In this document: positions 1 through 9,401 of the stretch, piece by piece | Layout: every line of letters begins with the position of its first letter | Position numbering within the stretch: the stretch's first letter is position 1 | Origin: Victivallaceae bacterium | Lineage (GTDB): Bacteria; Verrucomicrobiota; Lentisphaeria; Victivallales; Victivallaceae | Direction of reading: 5' to 3' | Assembly (NCBI GenBank): GCA_024405735.1 | Contig: JAKSOF010000004.1 | Coordinates: 44,817-108,816, forward strand | DNA length: 64,000 nucleotides | Notes under the pieces: model-generated | What the model was told of the DNA's origin: nothing | Databases searched by the model: none | The model's input: the letters and a program-made list of their open reading frames with translations, nothing else | Made by a program: the position numbers and the translations under genes

Positions 1-353
1 GCATCGGGATCGGCTTTGGCGAACCCGGAAATGATCTGCGCCATCAACTGCGGCGTCAATGCTTCCTTTGCCGCACCGGAAACCGCCGCGCGCAACCGTT
101 TTTCCAACTCCGCTTTGAGTTGCAGTAAAATGTCGCGCGAAGCCTGACGCACCGCGCTCTCGGCGCGTTGTTGCAGACTGTCGGCGGCTTCCTGCGCCCG
201 GGCGCGGATCGCATCCGCCTCGATTTTCGCCCCGGCAAGGATCTCCTTTGCCTCTTCCTTGGCGGCGGAAATGATTTTTTCCGCCTCGGAATCCGCTTTT
301 TTCACGCCCTCGGAATAAATTTTATCCAACAAATTCTGCAATTCTTCCGCCAT
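1..353 (-). CDS. V/A-type ATPase subunit E-like coiled-coil protein (5' part only; gene runs off the left edge)
   Basis: Absent from the ORF track because no stop lies in-window. The reverse complement from ATG (351-353) reads MAEELQNLLDKIYSEGVKKADSEAEKIISAAKEEAKEILAGAKIEADAIRARAQEAADSLQQRAESAVRQASRDILLQLKAELEKRL... This Ala/Glu/Lys heptad pattern is typical of V-type subunit E. An F-type b/delta-like stalk protein is not excluded. Confidence 0.45.
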   Translation of the reverse strand, partial: MAEELQNLLDKIYSEGVKKADSEAEKIISAAKEEAKEILAGAKIEADAIRARAQEAADSLQQRAESAVRQASRDILLQLKAELEKRLRAAVSGAAKEALTPQLMAQIISGFAKADPD

Positions 354-458
354 ATCAGACCTCTCTGTAAAACCGTTATTGCTATACTTTATTTTAAAAT
401 ACTCTTTTTGTCTGCGGTTTTCAAGTTTCAAAACTGGAAAAAGCCCCCTTTTTTGCCG

Positions 459-487
459 TTGACAAAAACCCGCCCGCGATATATATT
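459..487 (+). promoter_or_regulatory. sigma70-like promoter TTGACA-N17-TATATT for the antiporter gene
   Basis: TTGACA at 459-464, 17-nt spacer, TATATT at 482-487. GGAGAGAAAGGA lies upstream of the ATG at 532. Confidence 0.45.
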
Positions 488-531
488 AACTGCCGATCCT
501 CCATTCAGGAGAGAAAGGATTTTTTCGCGCT

Positions 532-1887
532 ATGACCAGCGGCAGTTTTCTGATCATTTTCATCGCCCTCATCGCCTTGATGGCGGTCATTCCGTTTTTG
601 CTGAAACGCTGGGAGATCCCGCAAGTCATCGCGTTGCTTCTCGCCGGGATGCTGATCGGACCTTCGGGCATCGATCTCGTCGGCAATCTCTCGCAATTTA
701 CCGCGTGGCTTCACGGAGCAGATGCCGTAGAAGCGGCGACGACGGCAAGCCACTTCAACACGCTGATCGCGTCTTTAGGCTCGCTCGGACTGATGTTTCT
801 GATGGCGCTCGCCGGGATGGAAGCGGATTTCAAACTGATCAAATCGGTACGCATCCCCGTGATCGTTTTGAGCATCCTTACCTTTTCCATACCGGCGGTG
901 GCGGGCTATTTCGTCTACCGCTATTTTCTGCCGCAGGATCTTGCGGGGAAACTCCTTTACGCCTCGCTTTTTGCCTCGCACTCGGTCGGCATCGTCTTTC
1001 CCGTCATCCGCGAACTCAAATTGTCGCAAAGCCGCTTCGGCGCATCGGTTCTGATCTCGACGGTGATCACCGATATTTCGAGTATCATTCTGCTCGCCGT
1101 GAGCGTACAGATCTTCCGCCAGTCGCAGAATGCCGTTTCGCCCGTCGCGGCGGGGCTTTCCCTTTTCGACCGCTTCGCCGCGCATTTTTCCGGACACGCG
1201 ATGATCCTCGCCTTTCTCCTTGTCGTACTCGGCTATCTCTGCGCGACGATCCTCGTCGTCAACATCATCGGCAAACAACTGATGAAATATTTCACCCCCG
1301 GCGAGGACGTCCTGATCACCATTATGCTCGCCGTCATCCTCGGCGCCGTCGTCCTCGGCGAACTCTGCGGCATCAACCTCGTCGTCGGCGCCTTTATCGC
1401 CGGGTTGGCGCTGTCGACGGTCGTCAAAGGCAAAAACGCATTGCTTTTCCGCAGGTTCGAGAGCATCGGGTACGGATTTCTGATCCCCTTTCTCTTTATT
1501 TCGATCGGAATGAGTACGGATTTCTCGGTTTTCGGTGAAATGAGCGGCTGGACGATCACCGTTTTGACCGTCGCCGGACTGATCGGCAGTAAAATGATTT
1601 CCGGCTACGGGGCGTTGCGTTTCTGCGGCTTCAAGCGGAGAGCGAGCATTGCCGCCGGACTGATGACGGTACCGCAACTTTCCGCGACGCTGGCGGCGGC
1701 GGCGATCGGCAAAAATCTCGGAATTCTGCAACCGGTCTTTTTCAACGCGATCATCGTGCTTTCGATCGTGACGACACTGCCCGTGCCGACCTTGGTGCGG
1801 TTGTTGCTCAAAAATCACGAGGAAGATTTCCACAGCGCGGGCGAATTCACAGTCCCGCGGGTGCTGAAAGACGAAGAATTACTTTAA
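532..1887 (+). CDS. cation:proton antiporter (CPA2/Kef-type Na+/H+ exchanger family)
   Basis: 451-aa polytopic membrane protein. N-terminus (IPQVIALLLAGMLIGPSGIDLV) and overall layout are typical of Na_H_Exchanger family proteins. Confidence 0.85.
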   Translation: MTSGSFLIIFIALIALMAVIPFLLKRWEIPQVIALLLAGMLIGPSGIDLVGNLSQFTAWLHGADAVEAATTASHFNTLIASLGSLGLMFLMALAGMEADFKLIKSVRIPVIVLSILTFSIPAVAGYFVYRYFLPQDLAGKLLYASLFASHSVGIVFPVIRELKLSQSRFGASVLISTVITDISSIILLAVSVQIFRQSQNAVSPVAAGLSLFDRFAAHFSGHAMILAFLLVVLGYLCATILVVNIIGKQLMKYFTPGEDVLITIMLAVILGAVVLGELCGINLVVGAFIAGLALSTVVKGKNALLFRRFESIGYGFLIPFLFISIGMSTDFSVFGEMSGWTITVLTVAGLIGSKMISGYGALRFCGFKRRASIAAGLMTVPQLSATLAAAAIGKNLGILQPVFFNAIIVLSIVTTLPVPTLVRLLLKNHEEDFHSAGEFTVPRVLKDEELL

Positions 1888-1909
1888 TTTCAAATGATAA
1901 GGATTTGTC

Positions 1910-2764
1910 ATGAAACACGCTATTTTTCTCATCCAGACAGATGACCGTCAGGGACTTCTCGCGGCGACGACAAGTTTCTTTTCGGAACGCAACATCAACA
2001 TCATCGAGTGCCGCCAGTACACCGATCTGCACGAGGGACGCTATTTCATGCGCATCGCGATCGACCTCTCGACCGAAAGCACCCGGCACGAATTGGAATC
2101 GCAATTTGCCGCCCTTGCTGAAAAACTGCGCCTCCAATACACGATCCACTATTCCGACGAAGTGCAGAATATCGCGGTCATGGTAACCAAGACATCGCAT
2201 TGCCTGTACGATCTTTTGATGCACGCCGAGGAAAACACGCTCGGCAACGGCCGCATCGTGATGATCGTCGGCAACCACCCCGACCTCGAAGCGGTCGCCG
2301 ACCGTTTCCGCGTCCCCTTCTACTGCTATCCCGTCGTCAAAGGCAGGGAAATGGAGCAGGAAGCGGAACTTCATCCCCTCTTTGAAAAACATCATATCGA
2401 TCTTATCGTGCTGGCGCGTTATATGCGCATTTTGTCCGATGATTTCATCCGGCGCTATCCTCAGCGGATCATCAACATCCACCACGGATTTCTGCCCGCC
2501 TTTCAGGGGAGCGACCCCTACCGTCAGGCGTGGGAGCGCGGCGTCAAGATCATCGGCGCGACCGCCCATTACGCGACGGCGGAACTGGACGAAGGCCCGA
2601 TCATCGAGCAGGACGTCGTGCGCATCTCCCATGAAGACACGCCGGAAAAACTGCGCGAGATCGGGCGCGACATCGAGCGGCGGGTCCTGACGCGGGCGGT
2701 CGCCGCCCATCTGGAGCACCGCATCATCCTTTCCAACCGCCGGACGATCGTTTTCGGCAGATGA
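1910..2764 (+). CDS. purU: formyltetrahydrofolate deformylase
   Basis: N-terminal ACT-like domain followed by a formyltransferase core with INIHHGFLPAFQG and GATAHYATAELDEGPIIEQD motifs. 284 aa. Confidence 0.92.
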   Translation: MKHAIFLIQTDDRQGLLAATTSFFSERNINIIECRQYTDLHEGRYFMRIAIDLSTESTRHELESQFAALAEKLRLQYTIHYSDEVQNIAVMVTKTSHCLYDLLMHAEENTLGNGRIVMIVGNHPDLEAVADRFRVPFYCYPVVKGREMEQEAELHPLFEKHHIDLIVLARYMRILSDDFIRRYPQRIINIHHGFLPAFQGSDPYRQAWERGVKIIGATAHYATAELDEGPIIEQDVVRISHEDTPEKLREIGRDIERRVLTRAVAAHLEHRIILSNRRTIVFGR

Positions 2765-4470
2765 AATTTTTCCGGAAGATCGCGGATAAAACGGCGGAAG
2801 CGCTCCTTTTGCTTGCCGTCGCGCTGGCGGCGCTCAAATTCGGCACCGTTGCCGCCATACCGGAAATGCCGGTGATTTTCCCCGAAAATCTCACCGGATT
2901 TTTGCTGACCGGCTTGCCGCAATCCGTTTTCGGCATCGTTTCCGCCGTCGTCCTGCTTTTGGAAGTGCTTGCGACCAAACGGGTTTCGTTTGACGGAAAA
3001 TCCGGTAAGATCGCCCTGCTTTTCGGATTTGCGATCCCTCTTGCCGCATTTTTGGGCGCGGTCGCGTCGCCGCTTGGCTGGATCGTCCGCGATTATCTCG
3101 GCTACTTTTTCAGTTGCGGCGCATTTGCCGTCGCCACGAAATTTTACGTCGGAAACGATGAGAAAAAAGTGCGCTTTCTCTTTGCCGCAACGGGAGTCGC
3201 CGCATTGCTCGTCAGCGTGGCGGCGATCGAGCAATACTTTTTCGGCTTCGCCAGAATGCGCGCTTTTATTGCATCGGAAATGGCGCGCGGCGTTTCCTTC
3301 TCCGCACCGATGCTCGCCAAAATCGCCGACGACCGTGTTTTCGCGACGATGACCAATGCCAACGTGTTGGCGGGATTTCTGCTGTTGACATCGCCGATCG
3401 GTGTCGTCGGGGTGGCGAAATTCGGCGAAAAAATCTTTTCCGATGCCCGGTCGGGAAAGATCTGCGCTGGCTTTGCCGCATTTCTTTTCGGCACGGTTTT
3501 TCTCCTCACCAAAACGCGCGGCGCCTTTCTCGCCGCCTTGCTGACTTTGGCGCTTGCCGTTTGGCTTGCACCGTGCAAAAAAATATTTAAAATCGCCGCG
3601 ACCACGCTCCTCGTCGCCGCGATCTGCGCCGGAGCGTACTATATAAAAATTTGCGGACGCGGTTTTTCCTCGGCGGCGGAAAGAATGAGTTACCTTGAAA
3701 CTTCCTGCCGCATCACCGCGCACTCCCCGCTTACCGGCGGCGGATGGGGAAGTTTTTTCCTCGATCATATGAAATACAAGACCACTTCCACCGATGAAAC
3801 GCCGCGCGATCCCCACAATGTGATCGTATCTTTTCTCGCCCAATGCGGTGCCGCAGGCGCGCTGGCGGTCATATCGGCAATATTGCTGACGCTTGTTTTC
3901 CTCCGGCGGATGAAAAACCTTGATGCGTGGCACGGCGCGCTTTTTTTCGGAAGCGCGGCGTTTTTGCTTCACTCGATGGCGGAGTTGAATCACCTCGTCC
4001 CGGCAAGCTGGGGACTTTTCGGCATCCTCGCCGTCGCCGGGACGACTTCGCAAAAAGAAATCCCGCCAACTGGGAAAATGATTTTTTTCAATTTCCTTTT
4101 CGCATTCATTCTGGGGCTTTGCACGTTGACTTTATCGCTTCAGTTGCTCCGTCGCGATTACACCTACAGCCGCTATTGCGAAGTTGTTGAACGGCAAAAT
4201 CTTCAGGAGGAAAAAGCGTGGCGGCGCGCCGCCTTTGCCGCCGCTCCCGATGCCCCCTTTATCCGTGAAAAAGCGGGAGATGCCGCGTGGCGCCGGCACG
4301 ACGTTGCGGCGGCGGAAAGTTTCTGGCGCGAGGCGTGGCGTTTATCTCCGACGCGGCCGTCGCTTTGCCGGAGGCTCGCCGCCGTCGCGGCGTTACGCGG
4401 AAATCAGGAAGAAATGCAAATGTGGCAACTTAAGGCGCGGGAACTTTTTCCGGGCGATCCGAAGCACTGA
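2761..4470 (+). CDS. O-antigen ligase (Wzy_C)-like polytopic membrane protein with C-terminal TPR-like tail
   Basis: Multi-TM protein with a TKTRGAFLAALLTL segment, a large loop (PLTGGGWGSF) and HNVIVSFLAQCGAAG, as in the O-antigen ligase family. The ATGA start overlaps the purU stop. Confidence 0.65.
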   Translation: MKFFRKIADKTAEALLLLAVALAALKFGTVAAIPEMPVIFPENLTGFLLTGLPQSVFGIVSAVVLLLEVLATKRVSFDGKSGKIALLFGFAIPLAAFLGAVASPLGWIVRDYLGYFFSCGAFAVATKFYVGNDEKKVRFLFAATGVAALLVSVAAIEQYFFGFARMRAFIASEMARGVSFSAPMLAKIADDRVFATMTNANVLAGFLLLTSPIGVVGVAKFGEKIFSDARSGKICAGFAAFLFGTVFLLTKTRGAFLAALLTLALAVWLAPCKKIFKIAATTLLVAAICAGAYYIKICGRGFSSAAERMSYLETSCRITAHSPLTGGGWGSFFLDHMKYKTTSTDETPRDPHNVIVSFLAQCGAAGALAVISAILLTLVFLRRMKNLDAWHGALFFGSAAFLLHSMAELNHLVPASWGLFGILAVAGTTSQKEIPPTGKMIFFNFLFAFILGLCTLTLSLQLLRRDYTYSRYCEVVERQNLQEEKAWRRAAFAAAPDAPFIREKAGDAAWRRHDVAAAESFWREAWRLSPTRPSLCRRLAAVAALRGNQEEMQMWQLKARELFPGDPKH

Positions 4471-5662
4471 CGGTCACGCCGACTTTGCCGTCGGCAAGTT
4501 GCAACGCAAGGCGTTTTCCGACGGGAGCGTCGGCGGTACTTTGAACGACGTGTCCCGCCTCGTCGGTGACGATGGCATAGCCTCTTTCCAGTTGACGGTG
4601 CGGATTGAGCGCTTCGAGCGTCGCCGCGATGCGCGCCACTTTTTCCCGGTTGGAGTTCAAAAGGGTCGCGGCGGCGCGCCCGGCGCGGTTCGACAATTCA
4701 TCAAGATACTGCCTTTTGTCGGAAATGAAGCGCACGGGGTCGCGAAGCCAGCTTCCGGCAAGAAGATTCTGCAATTTCAATTTCGAGCGGTCGAGCGAAA
4801 ATGTCGTCAGCTGTTTCATATCCTTGACGGCGCGCCGGAGTCTTTCGGTCAATTCCTCGATCTTGCCGCTGACGAGCAATGCCGCCGCGCTCGGCGTCGG
4901 CACGCGCAAGTCCGCGACGAAGTCGCTGATGGTGAAATCAATCTCGTGCCCGACGGCGGAAATGACGGGGATGCGCGACGCGGCGATCGTCCGCGCCAGA
5001 ATTTCCTCGTTGAATTCCCAGAGATCCTCCATACTGCCGCCGCCCCGGGTGACGACGATGACGTCGACCGGAAAAACCGTATTGAAAAAGCGGACTCCCT
5101 GCGCAACTTGCCGCGCCGCGCCTTTGCCCTGTACGGCGGCGGGATAAATGCGGATGTCAAGTTTCGGATTGCGTTCGCCGATGATGCGCAAAAAGTCGCG
5201 CAGCGCCGCACCGTCGCGGCTCGTGACCACGCCGACGCGCCCCGGCAAAAGGGGGATCGGCTTTTTGCGCGCCGCGTCAAACAGTCCCTCGGCATGGAGT
5301 TTCGATTTGAGTTCTTCAAAGCGTTTCTGCAAGTCGCCGACTCCGGCAAGACGCGCCTGACGGATGTTGAATTGATATTCGCCGCGCACCTCGTAAACGC
5401 CGACTTGCCCGAAAACTTCGATCAGCGAACCGTTGGCGATGCCGAGTTTCCGGCACGCCGCCGCGCCGCCGAACCAGCAAGCGCGCAGTTGCGACTTGCC
5501 GTCCTTGAGCGTCAGATAAACGTGTCCCGAATTATGGACGACAAGACTGCCCACTTCGCCCGCAAGCCAAAAGGGCATAAAGGAGCCTTCGATCAAGTCG
5601 CGCACCACGCGGTTGACCTCGCTCACCGTCAAAATTCTCTCGGTCGCCTGAGTTGTCGTCAA
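4430..5662 (-). CDS. xseA: exodeoxyribonuclease VII large subunit
   Basis: OB-fold N-terminus (LTVSEVNRVVRDLIEGSF...GEVGSL) and catalytic core (VVTSRDGAALRDF, VTRGGGSMEDLWEFNEE, SAVGHEIDFTISDFVADLRVPTPSAAA). I prefer the TTG start at 5662, preceded by AAGGAG. The ATG at 5773 would overlap the divergent gene. Confidence 0.88.
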   Translation of the reverse strand: MTTTQATERILTVSEVNRVVRDLIEGSFMPFWLAGEVGSLVVHNSGHVYLTLKDGKSQLRACWFGGAAACRKLGIANGSLIEVFGQVGVYEVRGEYQFNIRQARLAGVGDLQKRFEELKSKLHAEGLFDAARKKPIPLLPGRVGVVTSRDGAALRDFLRIIGERNPKLDIRIYPAAVQGKGAARQVAQGVRFFNTVFPVDVIVVTRGGGSMEDLWEFNEEILARTIAASRIPVISAVGHEIDFTISDFVADLRVPTPSAAALLVSGKIEELTERLRRAVKDMKQLTTFSLDRSKLKLQNLLAGSWLRDPVRFISDKRQYLDELSNRAGRAAATLLNSNREKVARIAATLEALNPHRQLERGYAIVTDEAGHVVQSTADAPVGKRLALQLADGKVGVTVSASDRPEKVPAP

Positions 5663-5723
5663 TTTGTTCTCCTTGTCCTTGGCATAAAGTAAAACAAAAG
5701 AGGGATTTTTACAAGCGGAAACC

Positions 5724-5752
5724 TTGTTTTTCCGGCAACATTCAATTATAGT
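5724..5752 (+). promoter_or_regulatory. candidate promoter TTGTTT-N17-TATAGT for the first CE7 esterase
   Basis: Hexamers at 5724-5729 and 5747-5752. GGAGAAAA RBS lies before the ATG at 5791. Confidence 0.35.
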
Positions 5753-5790
5753 AATAAGAAATGCTTTTCCCAATTTCCGGAGAAAAAATC

Positions 5791-7503
5791 ATGAAACGTT
5801 GGAATTTTTTATTTGCCGTTTTTGCTTCTTTTGCGCTCACGGCGGCGGAGCCCTCCTTTGTGATCGAAGCGGAAACGATGGCGCGCACCGGCTTCTACGC
5901 GCTTTGCGCCAACGCCAAGGCGTCGGGCGGCTATTATCTTGACTCGCCGCAGTCCGACACCGCCTGCCGCGGACAATACGAAATCCCGCGTGCCGGGAAA
6001 TACACGGTCTATCTGCGCAATTTAAGTTACGGAGACAACCGCCGCAAAGTCGCGGTTTCCATCGACGGCAAAGAGATCGGCGCGGCGGGCGACGAAACGC
6101 ACGGTTTCATCTGGAGCCGCGCAGGCGAGATCGAATTGACGGCGGGAAAGCACGAATTCCGCCTCGCCGCAAGATCCGCCAATACCAAGCCCGACGCTTT
6201 ACTGCTCACGCAGGAAGCCGATGCCGCGTCCGGCGAAAAAAACGCCGTAAAACTGGATTGTCTCGACGGCATGATCTATCATGGGCGCGTCAAACTCAAC
6301 GGCCGCGCGAAACAAGCCCCCTTTGAAACGAAACGTTGCGGCGACAAAATCGATTTCATCTTTTTCCCCAAAGCCAACGGGAAACCGCTTGCGACGGGAG
6401 CTTTGTCCTACCGTTTCCACGGCGACGACGGACAGGATATTTCAGGACTTATCCCGTTGAACGGCAAGGAGATCACGATTTCCACGACGCTCCAGAAACC
6501 GGGGTTTGTCTGGTGTTACGGGAAATTAGCCCACACCGACGGCGCGCTCGCCCTCTGCCGCGGCAGGGACGGCAAACTTTACAATGCGCTCTACACGACC
6601 AGCGCCGGAGCGGACGTGGAAAACATTCCGCAACTTGCCGAAGCGTCGGATTTCGACGAATTCTGGGCGGCGCGCAAAAGGGAACTCGCCCAAACGCCGC
6701 TTGACGCGACGCTCCGCGAAGTCAAGGGCGTCGATCCCGACCATTACCGCACGTTTGAAGTGAGCGTCCGTTGCGCCGGACCGCGCCCCGTGACCGGATA
6801 TATGGTGATGCCGCGCGATGCGAAGCCCAAAAGTCTGCCCGCGAATGTCTGTTTCCAAGGCTACGGGCTTCACAAGCAGGGCTTCCCCAATCCCTACGGA
6901 AAACGCATCCGCTTCATCGTCAACGCCCACGGGATGCCGCTCGGTCAAAGCGACGAATTCTACCGTGAATTTTTCAAACCGTTGAAAAACTACGCGATGC
7001 ACGACGGCGCCGATCCATTGACTTGCTACTTTCACCAGATGGCATTGCGCGTGATGCGCTCATTGGAATTCGTCCGCACCCTCCCCGAATGGAACGGAGC
7101 CGATCTCGTTGTCGAGGGCGGCAGTCAGGGCGGGCTCCAGTCGATCTGGGCGGCGGCACTCGACGACAAAGTAACTTTCTGCAACGTCACCGTCCCCTGG
7201 AACAGCAACCTCGGCGGCGAAAAACTCGGACTCATCAAGCCCGTCGGATGCGCCGTTGAATACTTCCCCGCCCTCACTTATTACAGCGGCGGCAATCACG
7301 CCAAACGCATAAAATGTCCCGTCAACATTTCCAGAGCCGGATTGTGCGACACGCTCTGTCCGCCATCCAGCGTCGCAAGGCTTTACTTCAATTTAAAATG
7401 CCCCAAAGCGATCACGTGGATCGAAAACAACGATCATTTCGCACCGCTCCCCGGTTCGCGGGAATACCATTATCAAAGCGACGATTTCCCATCGGCAAAA
7501 TAA
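5791..7503 (+). CDS. secreted CE7 acetyl-xylan esterase / cephalosporin-C deacetylase family protein with N-terminal CBM-like and Ig-like domains
   Basis: Signal peptide MKRWNFLFAVFASFALTAA and an IEAE...YTVYLRNLSYGD beta-sandwich-like module. The AXE1 core carries GGSQGG (Ser), GLCDTLCPP (Asp) and NDH (His). Confidence 0.8.
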   Translation: MKRWNFLFAVFASFALTAAEPSFVIEAETMARTGFYALCANAKASGGYYLDSPQSDTACRGQYEIPRAGKYTVYLRNLSYGDNRRKVAVSIDGKEIGAAGDETHGFIWSRAGEIELTAGKHEFRLAARSANTKPDALLLTQEADAASGEKNAVKLDCLDGMIYHGRVKLNGRAKQAPFETKRCGDKIDFIFFPKANGKPLATGALSYRFHGDDGQDISGLIPLNGKEITISTTLQKPGFVWCYGKLAHTDGALALCRGRDGKLYNALYTTSAGADVENIPQLAEASDFDEFWAARKRELAQTPLDATLREVKGVDPDHYRTFEVSVRCAGPRPVTGYMVMPRDAKPKSLPANVCFQGYGLHKQGFPNPYGKRIRFIVNAHGMPLGQSDEFYREFFKPLKNYAMHDGADPLTCYFHQMALRVMRSLEFVRTLPEWNGADLVVEGGSQGGLQSIWAAALDDKVTFCNVTVPWNSNLGGEKLGLIKPVGCAVEYFPALTYYSGGNHAKRIKCPVNISRAGLCDTLCPPSSVARLYFNLKCPKAITWIENNDHFAPLPGSREYHYQSDDFPSAK

Positions 7504-7516
7504 AGGAGTTTCACAA

Positions 7517-9244
7517 ATGGACAAAAAAACGCTTTTTTCTTTTTTCGCGGCATTGCTCGCCGCCGGATGCACTTGCTGTCAGCCCTCCAGTTACCTCATC
7601 GAAGCCGAGGAAATGGACGACCTCGGCGCATTTGAAACGCACACGGGAGATTGCTCCGGCAACGCATTGATCCGCGCCAACGAAGCCGGACTTTTCGCGC
7701 GGGGAACCTACGACATTCCGGAGGAAGCCGACTACACCATTTTTCTGCGGAATTTAAGTTTCGGCGACAAATTGCGCACTTTCGACGTTTACGTCGACCG
7801 CAAAAAAGTAGGCTCGGGCGGCGACACGCCCGGAGAAACGCGTCCGGCACTGGAATGGTGCAAGATCGCCAAAGTCCATCTCACCAAAGGCGAGCATCAG
7901 ATCATTCTGCAATCGACGGGGCCCAATGCCCGGTGCGATGCGCTTTTGCTCGTCAAAGGCGAAGCCAAACCGATCCCCGACGATTCGATGCCGGAAAAAT
8001 TTCGACCGCTCACGACCAAAAACGGTACGAAGCATCTCGGTGAATTCAAACTCAACTGCGCGCCGGAGCGCGCCCCTTTCGGCGCTTATCACTGCAACGA
8101 GCCGATCGTTTTCGTCGTCCACCCGACGCTTGACGGCAAACCGCTCGACAAAGGTCAGGTCATCTATTCTTTGATCGGCGACGACGGTAAAAAATCGGAA
8201 GGTTCCGTCAAACTCGACGGCAAGAGCGTCCGCGTGACGACGACGCTGACCAAGCCCGGATTCGTCCGGCTGATCCTCACCATCCACGATGACGACGGCA
8301 AACTTTATCTCGGTTCGGAAAAATACGACAGTTGCGTCGGCGCCGATGAAGAAAAAATCTTTCAGATCGCCGAGCCGGAGGATTTCGATGCCTTTTGGGC
8401 GAAGCAGAAAGCGCGCCTTGCCACCGTGCCGCTCAAACCGGAATTGAAAGAGATCGAAGGCAAAGATCCGAAAAATTTCCGCACCTTTGAAGTGACCGTC
8501 CCCTGCCCCGGAAACGCGCCCGTCACCGGATTTCTCGTCGTTCCGCGCGACGCCAAGGCGAAAACTCTGCCCGCCACCGTCGCGTTTCAGGGTTACGGCG
8601 TCCGCACCCCGACTTGCGCTTTCCCTCACGAAGGCGGCATCTATTTTGAGATCAACGCGCACGGGATGCCGCTTCACCAGACCCGCGAAAGCATCAAGCA
8701 ACTTGCCGAAAAACTGAACCGCTACGCGCTCGACGACACCGCCGATCCCCAAAACGCCTATTTCTGCAGTATGGCGCTTCGCGTTCTCCGCGCCCTTGAA
8801 TTCGTCCGCAGTCTCCCCGAATGGAACGGCAAAGACCTGATGGTCTACGGCGGCAGTCAGGGCGGCTTGCAGTCGCTCTGGGCGGCAGCTCTTGACGAAA
8901 AAGTTTCCTTCTGCCGGGTCTTTGTCCCCTGGTGCTGTAATTTAGGCACGGAAAAATTCGGTTTCATGCCGAAATCGTGGGGCGTCACCTACACCGCCGG
9001 CGCCCGTTATTTCGACGCGGCGAATTTCGCCAAACGCATCCACTGCCCCGTGGAGATCACTCGCGCCGGACTGACCGATTTCATCTGTCCGCCCGCCGGG
9101 ATCGCCCGGATGTATCACAATCTGAAATGCCCCAAGTCGATCACCTGGTTCGTCTGCAACAATCACAGCAATCCGCCGGCACCCCGTCCGACTTTCACGA
9201 CGAAGACCGACGACTTCAAAGTGCCGGAAGCGTTTGCGAAGTAG
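7517..9244 (+). CDS. lipoprotein paralog of the preceding CE7 esterase (same three-domain layout)
   Basis: Lipobox-like LLAAGC. Same motifs as the first copy (IEAEEM..., FLRNLSFGD, GGSQGGLQSLWAAALDEKV, GLTDFICPP, NNH). AAAGGAG RBS. Confidence 0.8.
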   Translation: MDKKTLFSFFAALLAAGCTCCQPSSYLIEAEEMDDLGAFETHTGDCSGNALIRANEAGLFARGTYDIPEEADYTIFLRNLSFGDKLRTFDVYVDRKKVGSGGDTPGETRPALEWCKIAKVHLTKGEHQIILQSTGPNARCDALLLVKGEAKPIPDDSMPEKFRPLTTKNGTKHLGEFKLNCAPERAPFGAYHCNEPIVFVVHPTLDGKPLDKGQVIYSLIGDDGKKSEGSVKLDGKSVRVTTTLTKPGFVRLILTIHDDDGKLYLGSEKYDSCVGADEEKIFQIAEPEDFDAFWAKQKARLATVPLKPELKEIEGKDPKNFRTFEVTVPCPGNAPVTGFLVVPRDAKAKTLPATVAFQGYGVRTPTCAFPHEGGIYFEINAHGMPLHQTRESIKQLAEKLNRYALDDTADPQNAYFCSMALRVLRALEFVRSLPEWNGKDLMVYGGSQGGLQSLWAAALDEKVSFCRVFVPWCCNLGTEKFGFMPKSWGVTYTAGARYFDAANFAKRIHCPVEITRAGLTDFICPPAGIARMYHNLKCPKSITWFVCNNHSNPPAPRPTFTTKTDDFKVPEAFAK

Positions 9245-9270
9245 ACAGCCGACTTTGATGCAATGGGAGC

Positions 9271-9297
9271 AAGAGGGCGCTCACGCCGCGCCCTCTT
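9271..9297 (+). terminator. perfect 10-bp GC-rich hairpin downstream of the CE7 pair (no U-tract; terminator or REP-like element)
   Basis: AAGAGGGCGC (9271-9280), loop TCACGCC, GCGCCCTCTT (9288-9297). Starts 27 nt after the stop codon. Confidence 0.4.
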
Positions 9298-9336
9298 AAC
9301 ACCCCAAGCGCCCGCCACAGGCGGGATCCGTACCTG

Positions 9337-9401
9337 CCGCGTAGATTTGCGACAATTGTTTGGGTCGTACTCTTTACGCTTATCCCTGCAAATCTACGCG
9401 G
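9337..9401. repeat. 14-bp perfect inverted repeat separated by 37 nt
   Basis: CCGCGTAGATTTGC (9337-9350) and GCAAATCTACGCGG (9388-9401). Confidence 0.7.

Noticed and set aside
5761-5773. ATG starts given in the ORF track for the first CE7 gene (5761) and for xseA (5773)
   Set aside because: They would make two divergent genes overlap head-to-head. Internal starts with good RBSs (ATG 5791 with a signal peptide; TTG 5662 after AAGGAG) fit better.
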